DNA of 60,272 bases, counting the filler. It is 4 parts of 4 records of this genome, joined end to end, with 100 filler letters (N's around TTAATTAATTAA, not from the genome) between each part and the next. Parts side by side here need not be neighbours in the genome. Positions count along the whole stretch, not along the records: positions 17,718 to 29,354 come from DRR723986_10604; 3 more parts are not named here. One strand, written 5' to 3'. This document shows, in pieces, positions 19,267-27,329 of the stretch (its first letter is position 1; each line of letters starts with the position of its first letter). The notes beneath the pieces are model-generated. The model was not told where the DNA came from and did no database searches. It worked only from the letters and a program-made list of their open reading frames with translations. The position numbers and the translations under genes were made by a program.

Positions 19267-20715
19267 TCAGGCTTCTTCTGAGTCGTCCCTCAGACCATAC
19301 TTTCGCACTTTCTCCACCAGCGTAGTGCGCCGTATCCGCAGCTTCTCGGCAGCGCGGGCGACTACGCCGCTGGCTTCATCAAGAGCCTGCTGAATCAACT
19401 GCTTTTCAAGATTGGAGAGATAATCCTTCAGATCAATGCCGTTCACCGGCAGCAACGCTGGCGCATCCAGCCCCACCAGGCCTGGTATGGAAGAGGGCAT
19501 ACCGGAATCCTCTACCGGGCGATTCTCGTCATAATCATCCACATAGCGGAACTTCTTCGGCAATTCCTGCACTCCGATCACGCCATAGGGATGCATGATG
19601 GCAAGACGCTCCACCAGGTTAGCCAGCTCACGGACATTGCCCGGCCAATCATGACGACACAGGCTCATGATGGCCGCCGAGTTCATCCGCAATGAACCAC
19701 GCTTCTCTTTTTCCATCCGGGAAATCAGCTCGTTGATCAACAGTGGAATGTCTTCGACTCGCTCCCGGAGTGCCGGCATTTCGATGGGGAACACGTTCAG
19801 CCGGTAGTACAGATCCTCCCGGAAATCACCGGATTCAATCATGTCCTCAAGATGCTTGTGGGTCGCCGCAATCACCCGTACGTCAGCGGTCTGGGTGCGG
19901 TTACTGCCCACTTTTTCAAAGGTGCGCTCTTGCAGAACCCGCAGTATCTTCACCTGCATGTTCAGGGGCATATCGCCAATTTCATCCAGGAACAAGGTGC
20001 CGCCTTCCGCCATCTCAAAGCGCCCTACCCTCGCCGTAATGGCACCGGTAAACGCGCCTTTCTCATGGCCAAAGAGCTCGCTTTCCAGCAGCTCTGCCGG
20101 AATGGCACCACAGTTCACCGGCACAAAGGGCTTATCGCGGCGGGAAGAATGGTAATGCAGATTGCGAGCAACCACTTCCTTCCCAGTACCGGACTCTCCG
20201 GTAATCAGCACGCTCACATCCTTGTCGGCCACCTGCTCCATCAACTGGCGCACTTGCTGGACTTTACGACTGGTTCCCACAAGGCTGCGGAACAGCTGCA
20301 CACCACGCTGCTGGCCGCGCTGCTGGTTGCGGCTGAACTGGTCCCGATAGATCTGTGCGCGGTACAGGGAATCCACGAACTTGGTGTAGTTCAGCGGCCA
20401 TTCCATCCGCGCAATCACTCGTGCCGCATCGTCCTCTGACAAACCCTTGAGCTCAGGGTCGCCAACCAGCAACACTGGCACACCCGTCATGGCTCGGCAT
20501 ACCTGCTCTATGGCGGAACAGGCGCCGGATTCGGTGCCGTTGACGACCGCCACTGAAACACTATCCCAGGCCTGATCATCGTCACTCGCCAAAAGCGCCA
20601 AAGCCTCGTCGCCGGAAATCACCTGCTCTTCACCGACAAACTCCAGAATGGTGACCAGATCTCGTCGCCTGGTTTCATCCTCACTCAGCACCAGCACTTT
20701 GTTATTTTTGGACAT
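19267..20715 (-). CDS. fleQ: Sigma54-dependent flagellar master regulator FleQ/FlrA
   Basis: FleQ N-domain, [35 protein letters not shown], Fis-type HTH ([13 protein letters not shown]). Confidence 0.96.
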   Translation of the reverse strand: MSKNNKVLVLSEDETRRRDLVTILEFVGEEQVISGDEALALLASDDDQAWDSVSVAVVNGTESGACSAIEQVCRAMTGVPVLLVGDPELKGLSEDDAARVIARMEWPLNYTKFVDSLYRAQIYRDQFSRNQQRGQQRGVQLFRSLVGTSRKVQQVRQLMEQVADKDVSVLITGESGTGKEVVARNLHYHSSRRDKPFVPVNCGAIPAELLESELFGHEKGAFTGAITARVGRFEMAEGGTLFLDEIGDMPLNMQVKILRVLQERTFEKVGSNRTQTADVRVIAATHKHLEDMIESGDFREDLYYRLNVFPIEMPALRERVEDIPLLINELISRMEKEKRGSLRMNSAAIMSLCRHDWPGNVRELANLVERLAIMHPYGVIGVQELPKKFRYVDDYDENRPVEDSGMPSSIPGLVGLDAPALLPVNGIDLKDYLSNLEKQLIQQALDEASGVVARAAEKLRIRRTTLVEKVRKYGLRDDSEEA

Positions 20716-20770
20716 TCACAGGAATCTCTTCATGGATTTGTGCGGTATTTAAGACCGTATGCCGGCCCGA

Positions 20771-20784
20771 GTCAATTTTATGAC
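20771..20784. promoter_or_regulatory. Candidate FleQ box overlapping a TTGACT -35 element upstream of fleQ
   Basis: GTCATAAAATTGAC (minus strand) closely matches the Pseudomonas FleQ consensus GTCAnTAAAtTGAC. Confidence 0.55.
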
Positions 20785-20785
20785 G

Positions 20786-21115
20786 CTATCTTTGACGATT
20801 CGAGGAGACGTTCTGATAGGTTTTGGCGGCGTTACGGTTCTGGCTGACCCCCTTCAATGAGGCTTTCGCCTCGTCGCGGGCCTTCACAGCGGCGGCATCG
20901 GCCTCGGCCACAAAACGATTCAGCGCTTCCAGTCGCTCTCGCACCAGTGTGGCATCAAGTCGGCCCTGCTCGAGCTCAGCCATCAACGGTTCCACCGTCG
21001 GTCGAACCCGAGCATTAAGCTGGCCCAATCGTTCCCAATCCTGGTTGTCCAGGGCCAGGGTTAATTCGTCTTGAAGCTGATCCAGATCGGAAAGGAGGTT
21101 TTCAGGGTTGGCCAT
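20786..21115 (-). CDS. FliT-like flagellar helical protein
   Basis: 109 aa, helical, ALDNQDWERL motif and C-terminal AAKTYQN typical of FliT-like chaperones; directly upstream of fleQ. Start placed at ATG 21115. Confidence 0.6.
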   Translation of the reverse strand: MANPENLLSDLDQLQDELTLALDNQDWERLGQLNARVRPTVEPLMAELEQGRLDATLVRERLEALNRFVAEADAAAVKARDEAKASLKGVSQNRNAAKTYQNVSSNRQR

Positions 21116-21195
21116 CAGCAATCTCCGTGGTCTGCGGGACAGACTGGCCAACGAAAGGGCACCACCGGAAGCGATGGCGCCCCGCAAGCGGACGG

Positions 21196-22554
21196 TTAAC
21201 GCCGTGCAGCGCGACGGGCCGCAGAGGCGGTAAACTCGTTACCACGATACCCCGGCGCGAAATCATAGGCGGGGTAACCATTGTCCAGACCATCAATGTA
21301 ATAACGGTTTGCCTTCAGATCATACGTCATTTCCATGGTGGTCCAGAAGACCGGCTCGCTGTAGTAGCTGATATTGTGAGCCTCGGAAACGCGCCATAGC
21401 TCGCCTTTCTCGTTGTACTCCTCAGAGACCAGAATCTGCCAGCTATCTTCGTCAATGTAGAACACACGGCGCTCGTAAATATGGCCGATACCGGTACGAC
21501 GCTTGGCCTCTACCACCCACACCCGATGCAGCTCATAGCGAGCAAGACTCTGGTTGATGTGGTTGGGGCGGATGACATCCTCAGGGCGAACACTGGAATC
21601 GTGAAGCTTGTATCCGTTGTAGGGAACCAGCAGCTCCCGTTTACCTTTGAGTTCCCAGTCATACTGGTTTGGAGCGCCGTTATACATATCTTTCTGGTCT
21701 ACCGAACGCAGAGAGGACGAATTCGGCAGGTCTGTCTCGTAGGCCAGGTTCGGAGAACGGCGCAGGCGTCGGGAACCGGCGTCATAACGCCATGCAAGGC
21801 GAGGTGAACGAACCTGGTCCAGAGTCTCGTGTACCAGGGTGATGGTGCCCGCCAGCGTGGTCGGGGCGATAGTCTCTGTTTTCAGGTAGAAGATCTTGTT
21901 GTCGATATCGGCAAGATCCGCGCCTACCTGACTGTACGCGAAGAAATAATCGTAGTGGTTGACCACCGGGTTGAAAGAACCGTCTTCCTGAGGAGTGGCT
22001 GAAGCACTTCGGAAGGACACTTCCTCACCGCGATACCGGAGAATGTGGTTCCAGATCGCTTCCAGACCATTCTTCGGAATGGGGAACGGGCTGGTCATGA
22101 TGGTGTCTCTTACCCCGTTACCATTATCCAAAAGCTCGGCGGTCAGAGCATTCTGGCGAAACTTCTCGTATACATGTTCGGGAAACGCCGCTGTCCGACG
22201 TGTTTCATACACCGGCATGAAAAATGCCGGGCCATATTGCTCCAGCATCCGGATGTGGCCGTCCGACAACTTGTCCCGATAAAGATCCAGGTTATCCCCT
22301 GTCACCACATACAGGGCGTCATCGCCAGGGAACGGATTGATTTCTACAGAACCCTCGCGCCAATTCCCCGGTGGCGTGGCAAGCCCGCCATCCCAGGCTG
22401 GAATGGTGCCCGCCGCGTTGCCCGCGCGTTCGGCACCAACCGGTGTCAGCTCATTGTTCAGGCGCGCGGCTTCAGCCTGTGTTACCTTTGCCAGCAGCGG
22501 ACTGGACGCCCCCATAACAGCAACTGCGATGGCAGCAATTAATCGGTTTCGCAT
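21196..22554 (-). CDS. DUF1329 family exported protein
   Basis: Signal peptide, LTPVGAERAGNAAGTIPAWDGG, PFPIP.NG.E.IWNH..RYRG, R.AW.Y..G.RR.RR.P, RYELHRVWVVEA, R.FY.DEDSW. ATG 22554 with GGAGG RBS. Confidence 0.9.
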   Translation of the reverse strand: MRNRLIAAIAVAVMGASSPLLAKVTQAEAARLNNELTPVGAERAGNAAGTIPAWDGGLATPPGNWREGSVEINPFPGDDALYVVTGDNLDLYRDKLSDGHIRMLEQYGPAFFMPVYETRRTAAFPEHVYEKFRQNALTAELLDNGNGVRDTIMTSPFPIPKNGLEAIWNHILRYRGEEVSFRSASATPQEDGSFNPVVNHYDYFFAYSQVGADLADIDNKIFYLKTETIAPTTLAGTITLVHETLDQVRSPRLAWRYDAGSRRLRRSPNLAYETDLPNSSSLRSVDQKDMYNGAPNQYDWELKGKRELLVPYNGYKLHDSSVRPEDVIRPNHINQSLARYELHRVWVVEAKRRTGIGHIYERRVFYIDEDSWQILVSEEYNEKGELWRVSEAHNISYYSEPVFWTTMEMTYDLKANRYYIDGLDNGYPAYDFAPGYRGNEFTASAARRAARR

Positions 22555-22773
22555 CCTCAACCTCCAGCGTGAGTCACATGAGTGGTCAATACTCACCCAA
22601 TTTGACGCTCTTTTTGCCAGTTTCAAACGCCCGTTTCAAGTGGTTGTTTGTAGTTTCTTGTGACAAGAGCATTTCCACAAAGCGGACAGAGCGAGAAATA
22701 AACAGCCAAAAATGGTAGACTCCCAAAGTTTTACCGGCCCTGTTTCTCTGATTTTTCGCTCGCAGGTTTCCTC

Positions 22774-23256
22774 ATGGCATCACAATGGCACACCCTGGTT
22801 TCGCAAAAGCTGTTTCTGGCCAAAACGTTACTAGTCCGGGTTGAGCAAGACGAAGCGGCGACTGCACCAGAACGAGAAGCCCAACTGCAAGGTGCCATTG
22901 AGTTGTTGCTGCGGGCTCGCGAACTCCTGCTGGTAATGATTGCCCGATGTCACCAGAACAAAGTCGACAGACCGGCCTCCATTGACGAGCTGGAGGCGTT
23001 GTTTCCCTATGCGATTGCAGAAGGCGGGATGTTGAAGGAACTGGCTGAAACACCAGGCAGTTGGTGGCAACAGCTGAATCAGTTGGAGGCTGCCGCTGGA
23101 GAACCGCCCAAGACACGGAAAACCGTGACGGAAGAAAACATCATTGCGGTTTCGGCGGATCAGGGGCCAGATCGGTCCGTTCAGGCTCTGAACAAGATAC
23201 TGGCTGCCATGACCGTATTGACCAGAGAGATAGACGAGCAACACAGCGAGTGGTAA
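22774..23256 (+). CDS. Conserved hypothetical protein (DUF6586-like)
   Basis: QKLFLA N-terminal motif, EL.E.PGSWW..L, C-terminal ...SEW; resembles the family found beside lexA-sulA in pseudomonads (from recall). Confidence 0.65.
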   Translation: MASQWHTLVSQKLFLAKTLLVRVEQDEAATAPEREAQLQGAIELLLRARELLLVMIARCHQNKVDRPASIDELEALFPYAIAEGGMLKELAETPGSWWQQLNQLEAAAGEPPKTRKTVTEENIIAVSADQGPDRSVQALNKILAAMTVLTREIDEQHSEW

Positions 23257-23313
23257 TCCGCCTGCCGGAGCCAATCCATTAACATACGCTGACAGCAGAT
23301 ATAGGTTGAATGA

Positions 23314-23574
23314 ATGTCACCTTCGTTTTTTGAAATTGTACAACTCGCCGACGGCGACTACGCGCTTCGCCGGATTGATGACGACGCAGCTCCACTTGTG
23401 CGCATCTCATTCTCTGATGAGGCCAGAGAAATGCTGGAAGACCGGGACATGAACGTCGCCAAGGCGATGATTGCCGCTGGCATCGAGGCCGCTGGCAACA
23501 TCAGCCACGACATTGACTGGGAAGAGGACGAAAGCGAGTTCGCCGACAATCAGCCCCACTACACCTTGCATTGA
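23314..23574 (+). CDS. Conserved small acidic hypothetical protein
   Basis: SFFEIVQL.DG..ALRR.DD...PLV.ISFS.EA...VAKAMI.AG pattern seen in small gammaproteobacterial proteins; acidic tail ending TLH. Confidence 0.75.
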   Translation: MSPSFFEIVQLADGDYALRRIDDDAAPLVRISFSDEAREMLEDRDMNVAKAMIAAGIEAAGNISHDIDWEEDESEFADNQPHYTLH

Positions 23575-23581
23575 GCACCCG

Positions 23582-24076
23582 TTATCTCTGGCGCAACACC
23601 ACACCGTGGCTATTACCCTTGGCAGATGCCTTTTGCAACGCTTCCAGCGCCGCACGGCCCAGCTTGTGAGTCCAGAGCACAACGGCATGGCAGGTGCCTG
23701 CGCCCAGCGCCCGCTCAGCCAGCTCTTGTGCTGGGAATTCTGTCGTTGACCGCAACACCAGAATCTCACTGGCCACAATGCCGTGCATTTTCTGCCACTT
23801 GGCCACCAGGGACTGGGGAGGATCAATCCACGCCAGCCAACGTTTCTCCTGGTTGAGTTGTGTGAGCATTGGCAGCAGCAACTGGAAATTCTCCACCTGC
23901 TCCTCCGGAAGAATAATCTCGGTAACATTGCCACCGAAGCCAGACGCTGAACGTCGCTCCGAACCGGACGCTGCTACCCTGGCCGCCGGTGCCCTTTGGC
24001 CAGAGGAAACCGCGCCAGCCGCAACAACAGCTGCCGGCTGAAATGCCATGTTCTGAGTGAAGCTCAACTGTTCCAT
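23582..24076 (-). CDS. sulA: SOS cell division inhibitor SulA
   Basis: LLLPML.QL.QE.RWLAWIDPP, ERAL.AGTCHAVV.W, L..A...GN; directly downstream of lexA. Confidence 0.9.
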   Translation of the reverse strand: MEQLSFTQNMAFQPAAVVAAGAVSSGQRAPAARVAASGSERRSASGFGGNVTEIILPEEQVENFQLLLPMLTQLNQEKRWLAWIDPPQSLVAKWQKMHGIVASEILVLRSTTEFPAQELAERALGAGTCHAVVLWTHKLGRAALEALQKASAKGNSHGVVLRQR

Positions 24077-24115
24077 TACTCACCTACCTGCGCCATGCGC
24101 TGCCGAATACGGTAT

Positions 24116-24724
24116 TCAGTGAAGATCGGAGCGGCGGATAACGCCTACGCCGAGACCTTCAATAAACAATTCCTGCTCCGCAAGATCGACCTCAATCGGA
24201 GCAAACTCCTCATTCTCTGCAATCAACCAGACCTTGTTGCCTTCCCTGCGGAAACGCTTGACGGTGACCTCCTCTCCGACACGAGCGACAACGATCTGAC
24301 CGTTATGGACATCCTGGGTACTGTGCACCGCCAGTAAGTCACCATCCAGAATCCCGATGTCTTTCATGCTCATCCCCCGTACCCGCAAAAGGTAATCTGC
24401 TGAAGGAGAGAAGAAGCCCGGCTGCAGCGTGCAGTGATCTTCAATATGTTCCTGCGCCAGAATCGGGCTACCGGCGGCAACCTGCCCGATGACAGGGAGG
24501 CCCAGATCTTCTTCGGCCTCCGGCAGGCGAATGCCCCGACTGGCTCCCGGGACCATCTCGATGGCGCCTTTCCTTGCCAGAGCCCTCAGATGTTCTTCCG
24601 CCGCGTTGGCGGAACGGAATCCCAGCTCTGCGGCAATTTCAGCCCTGGTGGGCGGGTAGCCGGTTTCATCCACGTAACGTCGGATAATGTCCAGCACCTG
24701 GGATTGTCTTGCGGTCAGTTTCAT
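24116..24724 (-). CDS. lexA: SOS repressor LexA
   Basis: [21 protein letters not shown], cleavage site VAAG, catalytic Ser (GMSM) and Lys (TVKR). Confidence 0.98.
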   Translation of the reverse strand: MKLTARQSQVLDIIRRYVDETGYPPTRAEIAAELGFRSANAAEEHLRALARKGAIEMVPGASRGIRLPEAEEDLGLPVIGQVAAGSPILAQEHIEDHCTLQPGFFSPSADYLLRVRGMSMKDIGILDGDLLAVHSTQDVHNGQIVVARVGEEVTVKRFRREGNKVWLIAENEEFAPIEVDLAEQELFIEGLGVGVIRRSDLH

Positions 24725-24748
24725 CAGTCGGGCTCCGGAATTTCGATC

Positions 24749-24764
24749 CTGTTTTTTTATACAG
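24749..24764. promoter_or_regulatory. LexA binding site (SOS box)
   Basis: CTGTTTTTTTATACAG = CTG-N10-CAG, 24 nt upstream of the lexA start; further half-sites CTGTATATA and CTGGATAAA lie upstream on the minus strand. Confidence 0.9.
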
Positions 24765-24771
24765 TGAACCG

Positions 24772-24800
24772 ACTATATACAGTGTTTTATCCAGTGTAAA
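24772..24800 (-). promoter_or_regulatory. Sigma70 promoter of lexA-sulA
   Basis: Minus strand TTTACA-17 nt-TATAGT, immediately upstream of the SOS box. Confidence 0.7.
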
Positions 24801-24893
24801 GCCCTCTCCGTTTCGTTTCCTTCCTGTAACGGGCGACCAACAGCCTGTATGTTATGGTGACGCAAACCAGACACAGGGAAGCCACACACAACC

Positions 24894-25895
24894 ATGACCG
24901 TACACGACCGCTGCAAGATGCCGGAACAAACGACAAACCGGGACGGCCAGGAACGAAAAGTCGGGGTTGAGATTGAACTGTCCGGCCTGACCTACAAGGC
25001 CCTGGTCCAGCATGCTGCCCGACTGCTTGGGGGAGAGCCTGAGCTGACATCCCGTTATGTCACCCGACTGGATACGGACGCCGGGGCTTTCACCATTGAG
25101 CTGGACTCTGATCCTATCAAAGACCTGGATCTTGCCGACGAGCGGCTCCCGGAATCCATTCGGGAACTCGGCAACCACGCCATGGACGTCATTGATTTTG
25201 CCGCCGAGAAGATTGTGCCATTAGAGATTGTGGGACCACCGCTCGCAATGTCGGCTCTGGGCATGATCGAGAATCTGGTAGACGAGCTGCGAGACCTTGG
25301 TGCTGAAGGCAGCCGGGAGGCCATCTACTTTGCGTTCGGGCTTCAACTTAACCCGGAACTGCCCGATCTTGAACCCGAGACCCTGGTACGTTATCTGCAG
25401 GCGTTCGCACTGCTGTATGACTGGCTCAAGTCCCGGCATCAGCTGGATATCAGCCGGAAGTTCACCACCTACATCGAGCCCTGGAGCAGCCGCTACACAG
25501 ACAAGCTGATGGCGGACGATTACCGTCCTGACCTGGACACACTGATGAGGGACTATCTGCACTACAACCCTACCCGGAACAAGGCATTGGATCTTCTGCC
25601 ACTGTTCGCTCATCTGAACGAATCGCTGTTGTCCGAATACGTTCAGGACCCCAGGATCAAAAGTCGTCCTACTCTGCACTACCGGCTGCCGGATTGTGAT
25701 ATCGACAATCCCAATTGGCACTTCTCCACAGTCTGGAACGATTGGGTAGTGCTGGAGCAGCTTGCCAACAACCGTCAGGATCTTGATGCCCTGCGGGGCG
25801 AATTCCACGAATCCCGGAAGTTCAGCTTCCGCAATCTCACCCGCTCCTGGCGTGAGACCACCGATGAATGGCTGCATCAGCACGGTTATGTCTGA
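24894..25895 (+). CDS. Putative amidoligase (Amidoligase_2, COOH-NH2 ligase fold)
   Basis: VGVEIE, PLEIVGPP, AFGLQLNPE, NPTRN.ALDLLPLF, RPTLHYRLPDC. Start may be ATG 24918. Confidence 0.85.
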   Translation: MTVHDRCKMPEQTTNRDGQERKVGVEIELSGLTYKALVQHAARLLGGEPELTSRYVTRLDTDAGAFTIELDSDPIKDLDLADERLPESIRELGNHAMDVIDFAAEKIVPLEIVGPPLAMSALGMIENLVDELRDLGAEGSREAIYFAFGLQLNPELPDLEPETLVRYLQAFALLYDWLKSRHQLDISRKFTTYIEPWSSRYTDKLMADDYRPDLDTLMRDYLHYNPTRNKALDLLPLFAHLNESLLSEYVQDPRIKSRPTLHYRLPDCDIDNPNWHFSTVWNDWVVLEQLANNRQDLDALRGEFHESRKFSFRNLTRSWRETTDEWLHQHGYV

Positions 25896-26625
25896 CTGGG
25901 AAAGCGAAACGGACATCCCCGGCCTCACCATCGGCATCAGTGGCCCGGCCCGGCGAAGTATGGCCCATCGGCTGATCAGTCTGGGCCTGCGCCTGCATGG
26001 CGCCAGAACACACTACATCCGCCCGGGCGACCGAACCAACGTCGAACTACTGGACGGGCTGGTACTCTCGGGCGGCACCCACGTGCATCCGTGCCGCTAT
26101 GGTCAACAACCCCAGGTGACGGCCAGGTATGACCTGAAACGGGATGCAACCGACACCGAGCTTCTCCGCCAGGCGGAGGCGATTAACATTCCGGTGCTGG
26201 GTATCTGCCGCGGTGCACAGTTTATCAACGTCTTTCACGGCGGGTCCCTGTGCCAGAACGTTACCCCGTTGCGGGTACATACCCGACATCGACCTTTGTT
26301 ATTACCCCTCCAAACGGTTCGCCTGGTCCGGGACAGCCGTCTGGGAGGCCTGATGTACAGCCACGTGATTGGCGCCAACCGCATTCACAGCCAGGCCATC
26401 AAGCGCCTTGGACAGAATCTCAGAGTGACGGCCGTGGACAACGACCTGTTTGTGCAGGCCATCGAAAACACCGGCCGACAATGGTTGATGGGAGTGCAAT
26501 GGCACCCCGAATACCTGCTTTACCACACCGGGCACCGTCGCATCTTCAGCCACTTTGTGCACGCCGCCCGGGCCCGGAAACTGGAACGACTGGATAACCG
26601 GGAAGGCCCGGAGTTCCACTCATAA
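25888..26625 (+). CDS. Peptidase C26 / class I glutamine amidotransferase-like (PuuD family) protein
   Basis: DGLVLSGG..V.P..YG, nucleophile PVLGICRGAQ, H.QAI..LG, GVQWHPE triad. ATG 25888 overlaps the end of the amidoligase gene. Confidence 0.9.
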   Translation: MSDWESETDIPGLTIGISGPARRSMAHRLISLGLRLHGARTHYIRPGDRTNVELLDGLVLSGGTHVHPCRYGQQPQVTARYDLKRDATDTELLRQAEAINIPVLGICRGAQFINVFHGGSLCQNVTPLRVHTRHRPLLLPLQTVRLVRDSRLGGLMYSHVIGANRIHSQAIKRLGQNLRVTAVDNDLFVQAIENTGRQWLMGVQWHPEYLLYHTGHRRIFSHFVHAARARKLERLDNREGPEFHS

Positions 26626-26630
26626 GGAGA

Positions 26631-27320
26631 ATGACCATGATCAAACGTCGACTGCCACTTGCGCTCGCCGCCGCCGTCACCGTAATACCCGCGGCAGCCA
26701 GTGCCGGAGAAGTGAGCCTGAATGGAGAGGGTATTGTTCGTTACGAACCAGACAGCGCCAGACTGCAGTTCTCAGTCACGGCCGAGCACCCGGATGCCGC
26801 AAAGGCCTCTGAACAGGTGTCCGACACCATGGACGAATGGCGCCAGGCCATTGCGGCCTATCGTAATGAGCTGGACGACTATTCTGATGCCGATCTCAGT
26901 GTTTACACTCGCATGCTTCCTGTACGGGAACAAGGCCAGGATCCCAAGCGAGTATCGGTGGCAAGCCAGACCGTCAGCTTCTCGATCAACGATCTGGATC
27001 TGCTGAATCCGTTGATTGGTGAAGCCAACAAGCTGGGGCTGCAATATCATCTTGGCAGCCACCAGTTTTTCCACTCAGACGAGCAGGGGCTGGAACGCGA
27101 GGCTCTGGCAAGGGCCATCGCCGATGCCAGAAGCCGCTGCGAGTTTGTCGCCAAGCAACTCGAGCAACGTTGTGGCGAAGTGGTCAGTCTGAATGTGAAC
27201 GGCGGCCATCGTCCGGTACCGATGATGCAAGCGGAATCGAAAATGGTCGGTGACGCCGTTTCAAGCGTGGGCCCCAGGGAAATCCAGGCCACCGTCAGCG
27301 CCACCTTCGAGCTGGACTGA
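26631..27320 (+). CDS. SIMPL (DUF541) domain periplasmic protein
   Basis: Signal peptide, V.LNGEG.V..EPD.A.LQFSV, AL..AI.DAR.R, C-terminal I.ATVSATFEL; AAGGAG RBS. Confidence 0.88.
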   Translation: MTMIKRRLPLALAAAVTVIPAAASAGEVSLNGEGIVRYEPDSARLQFSVTAEHPDAAKASEQVSDTMDEWRQAIAAYRNELDDYSDADLSVYTRMLPVREQGQDPKRVSVASQTVSFSINDLDLLNPLIGEANKLGLQYHLGSHQFFHSDEQGLEREALARAIADARSRCEFVAKQLEQRCGEVVSLNVNGGHRPVPMMQAESKMVGDAVSSVGPREIQATVSATFELD

Positions 27321-27329
27321 CCTGGCCAC

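Noticed and set aside
22738-22768. Possible SOS box upstream of the DUF6586-like gene
   Set aside because: CTG and CAG are not separated by 10 nt.
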